The notes beneath the pieces were generated by a model. The model had not been told where the DNA came from, searched no databases, and worked only from the letters and a program-made list of their open reading frames with translations. From NCBI RefSeq assembly GCF_036321535.1, contig NC_087455.1, forward strand, positions 434,001 through 498,000: a DNA stretch of 64,000 nt. Reading direction: 5' to 3'. A program made the translations under genes and the position numbers. Below, one piece after another: positions 11,001 to 23,211 of the stretch. How positions within the stretch are numbered: position 1 is the stretch's first letter; every line of letters starts with the position of its first letter. This stretch comes from Camelus dromedarius (lineage: Eukaryota).

Positions 11001-12095
11001 ATGACCATCGTCAAAGAAGATGAAAACAGCATTGGTGAGGATGTGGAGAGAAGGACCCTCGTGCACTGCTGGTGGGTGTGCAAATTGGTGCAGCCACAAT
11101 GGAAAACAGTATGGAGGTTCGTCAGAAAATTAAAAACAGAACTACCGTAGGATCCAGGAATGCCACTTCTGGGGATTTACCTGAAGAAAACAAGAACACT
11201 AATTAGAAAAGATACTGCACTCCCATGTTCACTGCAGCCTTGTTTGCCCTCTCTCTGTACATACATATGTATACAGAATGCAATGTGACTCCGTTGTTTA
11301 AAAAAGAAGAACGAAATCTTGCCCTCTGCAACAACATGGACAGACCTGGAGGGCATTATGTTAAGTGAAATCAGCCAGACAGAGAAAGACAAACGCTGTA
11401 TGATTTCACTTACGTGTGGAATCTAGAAAACAAAACAAATGAACAAACAAAAGAAACCAGAAACAGAGTCATAGAAAGAGAGAGCAAACAGGTTCTTGCC
11501 AGAGCAGAGAGGGGTGGGGGATGAGGGGAGTAAGTGAGGGAATAAGAATAAGAGGTGCGAACTTCCAGCTACAAGATAAATGAGTCGTGGGGATGAGGTG
11601 TGCGGCGTCGGGGGCACAGTCCATAGCAATGCAACAACTCTGTGTGGTGGCAGAGGGTGACTAGCTTATCGCGGGGATGTTTTGTAATGTGTAGAGACGC
11701 TGAATCACTAAGTCGTGCACCTGGACTAACATCGTGCAGTAGGTCAATTATACTAAAAAGAAGAAGAAGAAGAGCTGGTACGTCTGAGAGCTAAATGTGT
11801 CCTTCCGGCGAGGTGCCTTTGCCTGTCTTTGCCATTCCCTTCTTTCTGTGGTCTGGAATGCACCGTGGTGACGGGGGCTCAAGCGTCCATCTTGGATCAC
11901 GAAGCAGATAGAATGCATGTGTTGAGAATGGCAGAGCAGCAAGGCGGACTCTTGGAGCTTAATGGCTGTGCAGCTGTCCTGCCAGCTCTAGCTGTCCTGC
12001 TTCTGTCAGACTCTGCAAAGGAGACACTTCAATGGTTTTAGCCATTTTAATTAGAATTTTGTAACACTTGCAGCCAAGCCCCTGATTCACACTAA
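8060..12095 (+). mobile_element. Old ERVL-MaLR (MLT1J/K-like) LTR split into two parts (about 8060-8144 and 11786-12095) by the L1 insertion
   Basis: Left part gaaagactgcatttc...aatgcaatgt and right part ...gtccatcttggatcacgaag...atggcagagc...acacttgcagccaag resemble consecutive segments of MLT1J-type consensus as recalled. Confidence 0.55.
8161..11773 (+). mobile_element. LINE-1, about 3.6 kb: 5'UTR plus ORF1 start fused directly to the ORF2 RT region, then 3'UTR and A-rich tail (inactive)
   Basis: L1-type 5'UTR from about 8170. ORF1-like start MRLQRNMLQ at 9200. ORF2 text [31 protein letters not shown] from about 9252. RT FADD motif at 9772-9783. C-terminal HCWWVCKLVQPQWKTVWRF near 11064-11120. 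3' end ...aggtcaattatact plus aaaaagaagaag tail. Many stops and frameshifts; N-gap at 10059-10187. Confidence 0.92.
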
Positions 12096-12499
12096 TAAAG
12101 AATGGTATTAGGTTTGTGAGGGTGGGTGTGTGGGTGAGTGGGTGAGGTGGAAATTAGGAGGTTTCAAGGAAAAAAGACAAGATGTGAAATAGTCTTTCCA
12201 GAGCGCAGGACGAGGGAAGTACAGTAGGAGCCCTGGCAGTGTGCAGAGCCCAAGGAGGTGGGTGTTACACATTTAAAGGACCAGGAAGTGTGGTTTTATG
12301 TTTTCCTCTAACAAGGTTTTGCTCCTGGATGCAGCTGTGGAGTAGGCAGATAGTTCAGTTTAAGGAGGGTTGGGGCTCAGCCAAAACAACATGGTAAGAG
12401 TGTGGGGGGGCATGGGAGTGGTTATGATTCTGGACCATGGGACCTGAGGTGGGAAGGCAGGGGGTGAGGGCGGGACTCAAAGGGTGAAGGACAAGGGGC

Positions 12500-12830
12500 T
12501 TCAGTCCTCTGTTGCTATGTAACAGACCACCCTAAGCTTAGGGGCTTAAAACAGCAGTAGTGTACTGGTTCTCACGGTTTTATGGTGCCTGGGCTCAGCT
12601 GGGTGGTCCCACCCCATGTGTGCAGCTGGGATTGATCATGTGGCTACATTAGCTGGGACCAAATGAGCCCTGTCGTCCAGGGCCTCTTGTCAAGTGGCGT
12701 CTCATCATTCAGGTGACTGCTTGGTGCTGGTGGGCCAGTGCCCACATCCCATTAAGCCTTTGCATGCATCACTCATACTAATGTCCCAGTGGACAAGCAA
12801 GTGGATGAGCCCAGAGCTCGTCAGGGGTGA
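12500..12830 (-). mobile_element. MLT1-family (ERVL-MaLR) LTR fragment
   Basis: ttgctatgtaacagaccaccctaagcttaggggcttaaaacagc and catcactcatactaatgtcccagtggacaagcaagt are typical of reverse-oriented MLT1 text. Confidence 0.6.
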
Positions 12831-13149
12831 GTGTACTAAGTGCATGAACGCCAGGAGGTTCCTGGGAGCCAGGAGGGCAAGCAGTTCACCGTGCCCCCCA
12901 CCCCCCGGCCCCTCCTGAGAACTCCCACATCTCATCCCACCACAGCACCCAGCTCAGACCTCAAGTCCAGGATCCTGCATCTAAGTCAGGTCCAGGTGCA
13001 GATGAGGTTTCTCAGGTGTCCCTTCTTGAGTGCAGCCCACCTGTGTGGGTCGTGAGTGCAGAGACCTATGAACTAAAAAGAAAAAAGGAGTTCTCTTTCC
13101 CTCCACACACAAAGTACATTAGTGAGACAGGGACAGAATATCTTCAATA

Positions 13150-13665
13150 GACATTTCTGTAAAAATATGGGACAGCCTTGAGTGTAGGCTGGATTTAGTG
13201 ACTTTCTTCCAAAGAACAGAAAAACAACTTTACAGTAGGAAAGCCTGGCAGACAGCACTGCACCCAATGGCCAAGGCTAGCCTCTCCAGTGATGAGTCAT
13301 GCTGGCATCATGTGCCCTTGGCTGTGGTGCCCACATCGTCTCCGTGATCTCCTCCCCAACCAACAGCCCCAGGCCTATCTCAGGAGAATGGCAGGCAAAC
13401 CCAGCAGAGGGACATTCTGCAAAGCTGAGCAGCATGCCTCAAAACTGTCAAGGTCATGAGGAAGCGGGAAAGACGGAGAAAGCATCACAGATCACAGGAG
13501 ACTAGGTTCACCTGATGACTGAACGGGCTGCAGTACCTTGAATTGGTTGCTGGAACAGAAAGAGGATGTCAGCAGAAACATGCGTGAAACCCCAGTAGTG
13601 CCTGGAGATCAGTTAATAGTAATGGACCAGTGTTGGTTTCCTGGTTGCAGCAAATGTACCATTGA
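13150..13665 (+). mobile_element. Old L1 (L1MC-like) 3' fragment
   Basis: ggatttagtgactttcttcc...ctcaaaactgtcaaggtcatgagg...ttaatagtaatggaccagtgttggtttcc resembles the L1MC 3' end. Confidence 0.65.
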
Positions 13666-13667
13666 AA

Positions 13668-14126
13668 TGTAGCAGCCCAAGACGGCGGGAGATCCGACTT
13701 CCCACAGACCTGGAGCCTCAGTACATGCTCAGCGTGAGGTTTTGGCCTCTAAATGGGATGCCCGCAGGTGACACGACAGTTCCCAGGCTGACCGTCAAAG
13801 AACAAAAACTGGGTGGCGGCCCAATTCCTGGAAATATTCACCTCCTTCCCCCAAATAGTTGCAACAATCCTCTCACCCGTTAGCTCATGAAATTACCCAG
13901 CCCATGAAAACTAACAACTCCACAGCCCAGGGCTGCTCTCCCTTCTGAGACTGACTGCACTCTGCCTATGGAGTGTGCATCTCTCTGGATAAACTTGCTT
14001 TCCCTCCACTGTGGCTCACTCTTGAATGCCTTCCTGTGCGAAGCCAAGGACCCTCACTTGGCATCCCGCCCCAGGCACCTGAGACTTGGGACATGACCAT
14101 CCTCTTGCGCCCTCTTCTCCTGCAAC
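13668..14126 (+). mobile_element. Solo ERV1-type LTR
   Basis: Begins TGT; contains an LTR R/U5-like run (ataaacttgctttc...gcgaagccaaggaccctcacttggc...gggacatgaccatcctc); ends tgcaac; about 460 bp. Confidence 0.6.
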
Positions 14127-14640
14127 TTGACCTTATCTTAACTAGCTACATCAGCAGTGCCCCTATTTTGAGATAAAGCACATTCTGAGATAGTGGGGTT
14201 AGGGCTTTAACCTGTCTTTTCTGAGGGAAGGACATAACCCAACTCTTTACAGGCATTTTCGCGATTTTCCTGGAAATCTCCTTACCCAGAAAAAGTTCAT
14301 TAGGTACATTTCCCACCTTCCAAGTGACTGGAGGTGCTCGCTGATGTTCCTGCTAACACAGGGCCCCTTTCTCCAGCCTCCATTTGCAGCTTCTTCACTT
14401 CCAGCCTCAGCTGACAGTGCCCTTGGGCCTCTGCTTGCCACCTGGCACAAAGCAATGCCACTTGTTTTAGGTGTTTGGTCCAGCAGCAGCCCCTCCACAT
14501 AATGACTTCTGTCCCAGTCATCCATTGCTGTGTAAACCACCCCAAAACTTAGGCACTTACAACAGCCATTTATTATTTCTTCAACTATGCAGGCTGACTG
14601 GCTTGGCTGGGTGGTCCTTTGGCTCCATGTAGTATTCTTG
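14127..14640 (-). mobile_element. MLT1-family LTR fragments (about 14127-14250 and 14510-14640)
   Basis: gaccttatcttaactagctacatc...ggggttagggctttaac and ccattgctgtgtaaaccaccccaaaacttag are MLT1-like. Confidence 0.5.
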
Positions 14641-14653
14641 GGGACACTCACTC

Positions 14654-15323
14654 TGTTACCCCAAAACTGGGTTCACCTCTTGGTGGGTGTTGGGCTGCAC
14701 CTCACAGGCCTGCAGGCCTGGTACCTGCCCAGTCTCAAGGCTGAAGAAAGAGCGGGGAGGGTATAGCTCAGTGGTAGGGTGTGTGCTTCGCATGCAGCAG
14801 GTCCTGATCCCAAGTACCTCCATCAAAATAAATAAATAACCCTAACTACCTGCCCCCTAAATATATAAATAAACAAAATGTAAAGAAGACTGAAGAAAGA
14901 GCCAGAAGTCAGCGACGGAGACACCAGTGGTTTAATGGACAGGGGATGTTACACGTCTGGAGCGGGGCGTGTGCGGCAGATGGTGGGCAGGACGCAGGGC
15001 AGTCTTGCCTCCTGGAGGGGTGGAGGGGAGTTTGCCTGTTATAAGGGAATTGAGGTCAGGTTGGCTCCTCGGTTACCAGGGAAGCCAACAGAGGGGCACG
15101 CCCTGCACTGCCCCTTTGATAGGCTCTGAAGTGGAGATGCTCTGATCTAAGGATTAGAGCAGCCACTAGCTGGGACACGGGCCAGTGTGTGGGCACTTAC
15201 TGATTAGGCTCTGTGATTAGAGGGCAGGTCGGTCAGGTGAGTGGCTGTAGATGACACCGGGGCTGGTGGAGCAGGGGTGTATGGAGAGCAAGGTGCCAGC
15301 CATCCTGAGTGGCCTGACCACAC
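14654..15323. mobile_element. LTR-like element (ERV) interrupted by a SINE
   Basis: Starts TGTTACC, ends ...ccacaCA; its sequence continues on both sides of the SINE target-site duplication. Confidence 0.5.
14754..14885 (+). mobile_element. tRNA-derived SINE (camelid vic-1-like) with a 17-bp target-site duplication
   Basis: GGGGAGGGTATAGCTCAGTGGTAG (A-box) head and A/T-rich tail. TSD aaggctgaagaaagagc (14737-14753) versus aagactgaagaaagagc (14886-14902), 16/17 identical. Confidence 0.85.
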
Positions 15324-15324
15324 A

Positions 15325-15820
15325 ATGGGTACCAAACCAAAAGACACAGCCGAGCCACAGGTCAGGAGAAGGAAGGAGCTGTTACTTGGCACAAGCAAGG
15401 GGAACACTGGGGACTCTTCCCAAAGCAGTGTCCCCCCAACAGCAAAACTGGGGAAGTTTTAGGCCAAGAACAAGTGCGTATTTGTGCAGGGGCCTGAGAA
15501 GAGAAGAATTCAGCACAGAGGCGGGCAGAGATCCACAGGGCGCAAGCTTTAGTCGACTGAACCCTCAAGGGTCAGAAGAAATCAGTGTCACCCTCCCTTG
15601 GGTTCCGACCAGTCTCAGGGCTCCGCACGGAGTCACCAGCCTCCACCTGGGGGGTGGTCTTAGTTCATGCAGAAGCATCAGGTTATGTACATCCCTTGAG
15701 GAGGAACTAGGACTCTGTTCTATTGCTGAACTACTGTTCTTGGCTGCTTTTCCTCTGTTCCTGCGTTCCCTCACTTCCCTTATGATCTTTAATTACTGAG
15801 ACCTGTTTACGGGCCAGCCT
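15325..15820. mobile_element. ERV1-type LTR, related to the LTR at 32717-33276
   Basis: Shares motifs with 32717-33276, including ccttgaggaggaac(t/c)aggac and ttccctc(a/c)cttccc. Confidence 0.55.
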
Positions 15821-16899
15821 TGGGGCCAGGCTTAGATCACAGAATGGCTCAGGTCAAAAATGGCTTCTTATGTCATGCAAGCCATGCCTGGTTTTCTTTC
15901 CCTGGGGGACCTCCACCCTATCTGCTTACAGTTCCTCTGGGGCTGGTCCACCCAAGAGGGCCCCTCCCCCTACAGAGACACACTGCCTGGCCTCCCCTCC
16001 ATGGACAGCCCCACTTCATGTCATGGGTTGGCAATCAGAAGGGGGCCTGGGAGAGTCAAACCCCAGAGGTACGTTTTTGCCAAACCTCTGTCACTCTCAC
16101 TGATGCCCTATGGCCAAACCTGTCAATATGGGAGGGGCCTACACAGGGGGTCTACACCTGGGCAGAGGGGTCATGATTAATGGAGGCCATCAAGAAAGCC
16201 GTGTCCGCAGGTGGAGAGGAGTGGTTGGGCCAGAGGCTGAGGTCCTGTTGAGGTTGAGAAGTTGTGGTGGGAGGATGGGAGAGGGAAGTGGAGAGGGAAG
16301 CAGAGATTGGGAAGCCTGGAATGGAGACTTGAGGGAACCCCCAGGAGGGGTGTGGGGGTGCAAGGGGTGGATGGATTTGTTGGAGACGAGAGGCGGAGCG
16401 GGATGTACCAATACCCAGGAGACTGGGGGGCAGAGTGAAGAGGGGATGGGACAGGTGGGAGCAGGACGGTCAGCTGACCGGGCTTTGAAGGAGCAGAAAA
16501 AATGCCCGGGCTTGGCTCCCAAGGAGGAGGGTGGTCCAGCAGCTGGGACAGGGTGCTGGCAGTCTCCACAGTAGCACGCCCCCTGCCCTAGGTGTATCTT
16601 TGGGAGAATGCTCTTTGACCCACTGCACAGCTCCTGTGGGATTTGGCACCTTCTCTCCTTCCAGGCCCACAGCTTGTGCTCCCGGGTTAGGCTGTGACTT
16701 CAACTTGCGATGGGAGGTGGGGACAGACGCTGAGGGCATAACTTGTGGTCTGGAAAGGGAGCGGCCCATGTCTCCTTAAGGAGGATTGGAGCTTGAAGAG
16801 GTGGGTGGCACTTCTGCAGCCCAGAGGGTTAGGAGGATCCAGAAATCCGTATGTCAGGGCCTTTTGGTTCTCAGCCAAGGCCTGGTTTTAGCATACACT

Positions 16900-17400
16900 T
16901 TGCCCTATGTTTAACCTTCTTTGAAATGACCCTCTCAATCCTTGGCAATAGCCTTTGTTCAGGAATTTATTTTGTCTAATGTGAATATAGCCACCCCAGC
17001 TTTTATTAATGTTTATATGGTGTATCTTTTCCCATTCTTGTGTTTCAGCCTAGGTCTTCACATGTAAGATGAATTTGTAGTAGGCAGCCTGTATTTAGGT
17101 CCTGCTTTTCCATATGTGACAGTCTCTGCCTTTTAACGGGGTGCTTAGATCCTTTACATTTAATATGAGTGATGTGATTGGGTTCGAATCTACCATCTTG
17201 CTGTCTGCTTCCTTTGTGCGGTGGCCTGAGGTGGTCACAGGGCTCACCTTGTCTGTCACCTCTCAGGGGTCACTGTCCTTTGTTGCTTCTTATCCAATAT
17301 CTTGAGACCCATTGTTTCATATACTTTGTCCAGTTTTTCAGTTGTTTCAGGTAGGATGGTAAGTTTGGTTCCTGAAACTGCCCTCTGTGTTGGAAGTGGA
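16900..17400 (-). mobile_element. Old L1 fragment, antisense
   Basis: T-rich text (tttattttgtctaatgtgaatatagccaccccagctttt...cctttacatttaatatg) typical of the reverse-strand L1 ORF2 5' region. Confidence 0.6.
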
Positions 17401-18787
17401 CAACTGTTTCCATTTCTTTGGCACTCAGCTACTCTGCTGGTTAAGCCGTGGGCCTGGCCCTCCCTACTCTCTGCACTTTGGCTGCAGAGATGGGAGTCTG
17501 CCTTAGTGCATGGCACCAGGGGGCTTTGGCCCTCAGTGTCTCCCAGTCTTTCCTCGCCTCTTCTTTGGAGTGGCAGTGGAGCTGAGTAAGGGCCATCCCC
17601 CTCCGCTGGCCCTGCTGTGACTGTTACTCTTGCACTTGCCAAACGCTTGGTGCCATGTGCCAGCTGGTGTGTCCTCTTCCTGCTGTGTGGTCCCAGATCA
17701 CCACTGGCCAAAATTTTAACCATTGGACCTTGGCCTTGTGCCCTGGGCTGTCAGTGCTCCGCCTGCCACGGTCACAGCAGCGAGCATACATGCCCAAGTC
17801 CCTGTTGCTTGGCTTCCTGGACCATTCCTGTCCCCAATCCCCAGTGTAAGTTCTCCAAGAGGGAGTCTCTCAGGCAGTGGTGTGCAGGATGTGCTACTGA
17901 GATCACCCTTGCAGAGGGATGAGAGGAGGAGTGTCGGGCCAGCCCTGGCACCGAGAGCACTGGAGTCTGCATGGCTCAGCAGAGGTGTCACGCCTCAGGC
18001 CAAAATGCCCGGGCCCTTTACTTCTGTCCATCGTCCACGGGACGCAGGCCACCAGGAGGAGGTTGGGGTGTGGGGCCAGGGGCAGTCCCGGAGCCTCTGA
18101 TAGCTAAAGGTGTCCACTTCAAGTAATGGGGCCGAAGTCCTTCCTCAGAGGGCGATACAGGCCATGTGTCACGTGTGCACTGCAAAGAAAAGCCCTAGAA
18201 GTGGCACTAGGGGATGGGACACCCTACCTGAAACAAGAAGGGAGCAGGGCCCCGTCGCACCTCCTGGTGCCTCCAGGTAGGGCTGGACTGGCTCAGAGAG
18301 CTGTGGTTCCCTCCTACAACCTCCAGGCCCGCACCGCAGCTCTCGTGTCTTTGTTTATTTACTGAGAGAAAAGTGGCATTTTGTGATTTGGCATCTGGGA
18401 TTTGGAGGAGGGAGAGGAGACAGGGAGGAAACCAGACCAACAGGCCGAGAGCTGGTCTTAGGTGACACTAGTGACAGGCGTGTGATCTGACTCTCTGCAC
18501 TTTTGTGCATCTCTGATGTTTTCTATAATAAAAGGAGAACAATCCCAAATCCTGAATTTGCATTTGTTGCTTTAACTTGCATGTCTTTCCTGGTGAGGCC
18601 TCATTTCCTGTGTAATAAAGCCCTTGCTAACCCCTTGGAGGTGTCAGCAGGTATCTCTGTTCTATACCAGCTTCACTTAACCCAGTTGTTTCTACTAACA
18701 GAATATTAACCGTTGTTATAGTTACTGCATGTATTTTCTGCTACTTTGAATATTTGCTCTTTGTTTTTCCTGGTCTTTTCCAAGCAG

Positions 18788-18914
18788 TTTTTTTTTTGGG
18801 GGGGGGAGCCGGGGAGGTAATTAGATTTATTTACTTATTATTTTATTTAATGGAGATGTGGGAGATTGAACCCAGCACCTTGTACATGCTGAGCATGTGC
18901 TCTACGCCCCCCCC
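18788..18914 (-). mobile_element. Second copy of the tRNA-derived SINE, reverse orientation
   Basis: Reverse complement reads gggg-cgtagagcacatgctcagcatgtacaaggtgctgggttcaatctccc (B-box) then an AT-rich tail; flanked by caagcag at 18781-18787 and 18918-18924. Confidence 0.8.
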
Positions 18915-19299
18915 CAGTCAAGCAGGTATTTGTAACTGCATCGGGATCTAGCCTCTCCCTTGAAGCTCCAAAGCTCCCACCCCAGCAGCCACCAGGTCTG
19001 CCCCAAGCCCTTGTCCCCATGAGCCCCTTCCAGCATACATCATCTGCCTGGGAGTAAAGCCCCCCTGTCCTGAAGCCTTCCCCTGGAGCCAGGCACCAGC
19101 AATCCCCCCACCACGTCCTCAGCCCTGTCACTCAGCCTTCATTCTCCCAGTGGAGCTGTGGCCCCTCCACCCTGTGCTTTCCCACCAGCCTTCTCTGGAG
19201 GCCACTTTTTCTCCCCTCATCTCGCCCCCTGGCCTGGAAGTGCCACACCCTCATTCCTCACTGCAGTCTGCAGCCCCCTCCTCTCCTCTCCCTAAGAGT

Positions 19300-20130
19300 C
19301 CCAGCTGCCACATCCATCAGCTGCACCCACCACTCATCCCAACCCTGGCTGTGGGCATCGCACCCCATGGCCGTGTCAGGTCTGAATTCCTGGTGGTCTC
19401 AGTCTTCCCATGGACCACTCCTAGACTCCCGGCCCCTCAGTGTTGACCTCTTTCCTGCCAATGACCTCATCCTCTGCCTCAATTGTACCTTCAAACTTGT
19501 CACCTCCAGGAACTGCCCCCCAGCCCCACCTGGCACTTCAGTTCAAGACCTGGTTCTCTGACCATCACCCCTCTCCCAGCTCACTCCTGACTCCAGCACT
19601 CTGGAGCCCCTGCGATTATGTGTCCTCACCCCCACCTTACCTGGTTTAGATTCTACAATCAATGCCACCCCTCCCTTGCACACCCCTTGACTCAGGTGCC
19701 TCTCTCAGTAGCTCACTTGGCAAAAGCCCAGACCTGGATAAACACAGTCCCTCTGCTTAACCCCACTGGCCTCCCTGCTGCTTCTCAAAGACATACAATC
19801 CCATCACCTTTGGAATGGAGGCCAAAGCCCATAATCCCCTAACAGGCATAGTCTTTGCCCCCTTCCTCTACTGCTTCAACTTCTTAGTGCTGCCCCTCAT
19901 GCACCTGCCCCTTTCTGGCCCAGAGTTTCTGCCCACATACCTCTCCCTGTGGCCTCAGGAGCTTTGCACAGGTTGTTCAGTCTCAGTAGTGTTCCATTGC
20001 TTGTCTCTACCCCAGGTCCTCCCCACTCCTGCTCTCATAATGGTCTATTCATCTTTCTGGTTAACATCAGTGTCCAGGCTGGACTGTGGGCTCTAGGAGC
20101 ACAGAGACCAGTGTCTGCTGCCCTGCCCTG
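19300..20130. mobile_element. Degraded L2-like sequence
   Basis: C/T-rich text with L2-like motifs (ttctctgaccatcacc; gctttgcacaggttgttc). Weak evidence. Confidence 0.35.
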
Positions 20131-23023
20131 CCTCAAACAAGCACTACAGAGCACAGACTGATCTTCAATATAGGTTAGTGGAGTGAAGGCAGAAACGGCT
20201 CCAGATACACCCACTGGAGCAGAGGGTAGGGCAGAGGGTGGTGAGAAGGTGGGCACACCCAGGGCTCCTGGATCTGCTGGTGGCAAGGTGCTGGGAATAC
20301 AACACTGGGGGTCTCCCCTTTCAGGTAGCATGGGAGCTGCCCAGTTGTGAAGGTAGCACACTCAGAGCAGAGGGAGGCAGAGGAACATAGAAACAGCACC
20401 AAATCCTCCCTGCCCCACAAAGGTGCTGGGCCCAGCTGCTGTAATGTGAACCACGAAAGGGGGAACAAGGTCCCAGAGGCCAAGAGGCTCTATGGGGGAT
20501 GGCCCATGCATAGACCTGGGGTGCTGGAGTGCCCCACAATCCACTGGGTCCACTGTAGGTTGAAGTAGCCTTGCCTGGGGACCCCAGTCTCCTCTTCTGC
20601 AATAAAGCTCCCCACACCTCCAGTTCTCAGGGGGGGGGGGGAGACTCAGGATGGCCTCCATTGGAAGAGGGCTGAAACTTTCCAAACGCATGAGTATCTC
20701 CAACTGTCCTTCCCCAGCCGCTCCTAACTGGACCCCAGGACTGGTGCACAGTGATCTCAGGGTGGGTGGGTGGTGGCGGGGATGCTTGAAAGGAGGAGGG
20801 GCAAATAAAACCAAGTAATTGCTCCTGGGCAGCATGTGCGCTCCACACCCTGGCCGCTTCGGACTGATGGCCAAGGCCGGGGCCCAGCTGCCCCTCCCCG
20901 CTGGGCGCCCCGAGGGGCTTCAGGCTCTACCCGAGTGATTGCCAGTAAGGGCCGCCCCTCGGGAGCGCCCGACCATGGGACACATGTGTTGGTGCTCTGA
21001 CGCCCCTTCCGTCAAGAGGGTTGGGGGCCGCGGGGACGGGGAAATTGACAAAGACGCAGGGACAGGGACAGCAAGTCAGGAATGGAGGAACCGAAAAGTT
21101 GGCTAAAGGAACAGAGAAACCAAGGAAGAGAGAAGGGCGATGGAGACAAGGGAATGAGGAAAGAGGGAGGAACAAAGGACCGGGTAGGGTAGTGGAAGAA
21201 TGAGGGAAGGGGCGGAGGATCAAAATACGTGGACACAGCGACCGGGTGACTGGGACTAACAGAAGGGGACAGGGATGTGGTCGGGTCGGAGAGCAGCACT
21301 GGGGCCGATTGTCCGGGAGGAGGCGGGAAGCACGGGGTGAGGAACTGCGCCTTGCACGTCCCGCTGGCGCCCGAGGGTTCCGCTCGGTAATTAGGCATCG
21401 GTCCAGATGGGCCCCCCAGTCCCGCAATCAAAATGCTAATTGGCCCCGCGCCTCCGGCTGAACCTCTGCCTGGACCCCCTGGGAGGGGGCAGGGACAAGC
21501 GGTTCGCCCGAGGGGGATCCTTGTCCCCGCCCCCGCTACGGGCCCCGCCGGCTGCGGCTCCGCCGGCTGCGGCTCCGCGATAAGGGGGTGGCCGCGCCCC
21601 GCCTCCCCCCCTCGGGAGCAACTGTCACGCAAGATGAATATCCCGCCGCTGCTGCCGCCCGGGTCGCTGCCACAAAGCCGTCCTGTGGTCTCCGCCGCGT
21701 CCCCGCGCCGGGCCGTGTCGCTCACAGCCACCCTTACTCGGCTCCTGGGCTGACACGCCGGAGGAAGCCGGGAGCCGCGCAGGCAGCGGGGCGCTGATCT
21801 CAGCACTCCCGGCACGCCCCCGTAGGCGCGCCCTTGGCCGATGTCCGCGGGCCCGCCTTGCCGCCCCGCACAAGGTCACCGCGTGCAAAGACGGGAGCGC
21901 GCGCGCCCTCGCCTTGAGCGCGCTCCCGGCTCAGACGCACCCGGACACTCCTGGGAGCCAACCCTGCAACCTTGATCCCAGAGACGACGGGCCGCGTGGG
22001 GGCGCGCTCTCAGCGTGGAGACCGGAACCACCGGGCGGGGGCGGGTGAGGGGACAATGGAGTGCCGGGTCCTAATTGGGGACATATGTCCCCGCGCGCGG
22101 CCATTGTGCAGCCCGGAACTCCCCGCATCCCCTCGCCTGCCATTGGCCGCTGGGCCTGACGTCAATGGGGGGGGTTCAAGCTCGGGGCGGGCTGCCGGGG
22201 GAAGGGTTATCCGCCTGGTTGCGGGACCGCGTTGGGGAGCTGAAGGAGCGCGGAAGGGCGGAAAACCACCAATGAACCCGAATTTCTAGAGCAAGGTCAT
22301 AGCAGCCCCTCTCCCCCTTCACACCCCGCTGGCTGCGTCGCCGCTGCGCTCGACCTCCGCCCCTTGGGAGAAAGGCGGGCGTGGAGGAGGCCTCTCCGGC
22401 GGGCACGGGGTCAGCCCGGGTGACCGAGTGGCAGCGAGACACTGCGGCACAGGGCGCGCGCAGCTCTTCCACACTGCACTTTCGCTGCCTCAGCATTCGC
22501 GCCTTTGCCTCCCGCCTCCCCCACCTGCTCCCGCAGATCCCTCGCCTCCACACCCGAAAGCTAGGCTGGCCGGATCATTCTGGGGTCCGCCCTGCGTTCC
22601 TTCCACCACGGTTCCAGGTTGGGGCTCGTGGGTCCCAGGCCTGTTTCCACCTCTTCCCCACCCCCGACAATGCTGCAGACCGCTGGGCCTCCGTTCCCGG
22701 AGCCTCCCGAGGGAACTCCACACAAGCAAGGGGCCGCGGAACCCCCAAGACCCCTCCCAGGAGACCCTGGCTGGGGCCTGGCCCAGCGCAGCCATTTCCG
22801 CCATCCTCTCCCCCACACCTCCCTCCCCCTCCTGCAGCTCCTGGGCTTTAAAAGCCGGAGGCTGGGCCGGGCCGCAGGCAGAGGCGGCCGCGGGTGCAGG
22901 AGGCTGGGCCCAAAAGCTGTCTGAGCGTCGAGCCCCGCCCCTGGAGCCCCCGTCCCTCCCTCCCACCTTCCCTCGGCCCGCCCTCCCTGCGCACCCCTCC
23001 CCCCGAGGACCCCCGCCCCCCTC

Positions 23024-23045
23024 CCGCCGCCGCCGCCGCCGCCGC
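23024..23045 (+). repeat. (CCG)7 microsatellite
   Basis: ccgccgccgccgccgccgccgc read directly. Confidence 0.85.
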
Positions 23046-23163
23046 TCGCTCCGGCTGCAGAACAATAAAGCAAGCCTCCCAGAGACCCCCACCGAGGACC
23101 CCCGCCCGGAGGCCGAGCCCCGGCGGCCCGCCCCTTGCCGCCTGCGCCGGCTGAGTGCGCCCG

Positions 23164-23211
23164 GTCGCTGGCCGAGGTGCTGGCCGGGCCGGCGCTGGCC
23201 GCGGTGCTGAA
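23164..23211 (-). promoter_or_regulatory. Tandem RE1/NRSE (REST-binding) sites
   Basis: 23191-23211 reverse complement TTCAGCACCGCGGCCAGCGCC is 19/21 to consensus TTCAGCACCACGGACAGCGCC. 23164-23184 reverse complement GCCAGCACCTCGGCCAGCGAC is 16/21. Confidence 0.8.

Noticed and set aside
9603-11150. ORFs within the L1 as host protein-coding genes
   Set aside because: They are frameshifted, stop-ridden pieces of L1 ORF2 or its antisense strand.
14754-14830. tRNA gene suggested by the TAGCTCAGTGG A-box
   Set aside because: It has a TSD, an A-rich tail, a damaged B-box and a second diverged copy; it is a SINE, not a tRNA gene.
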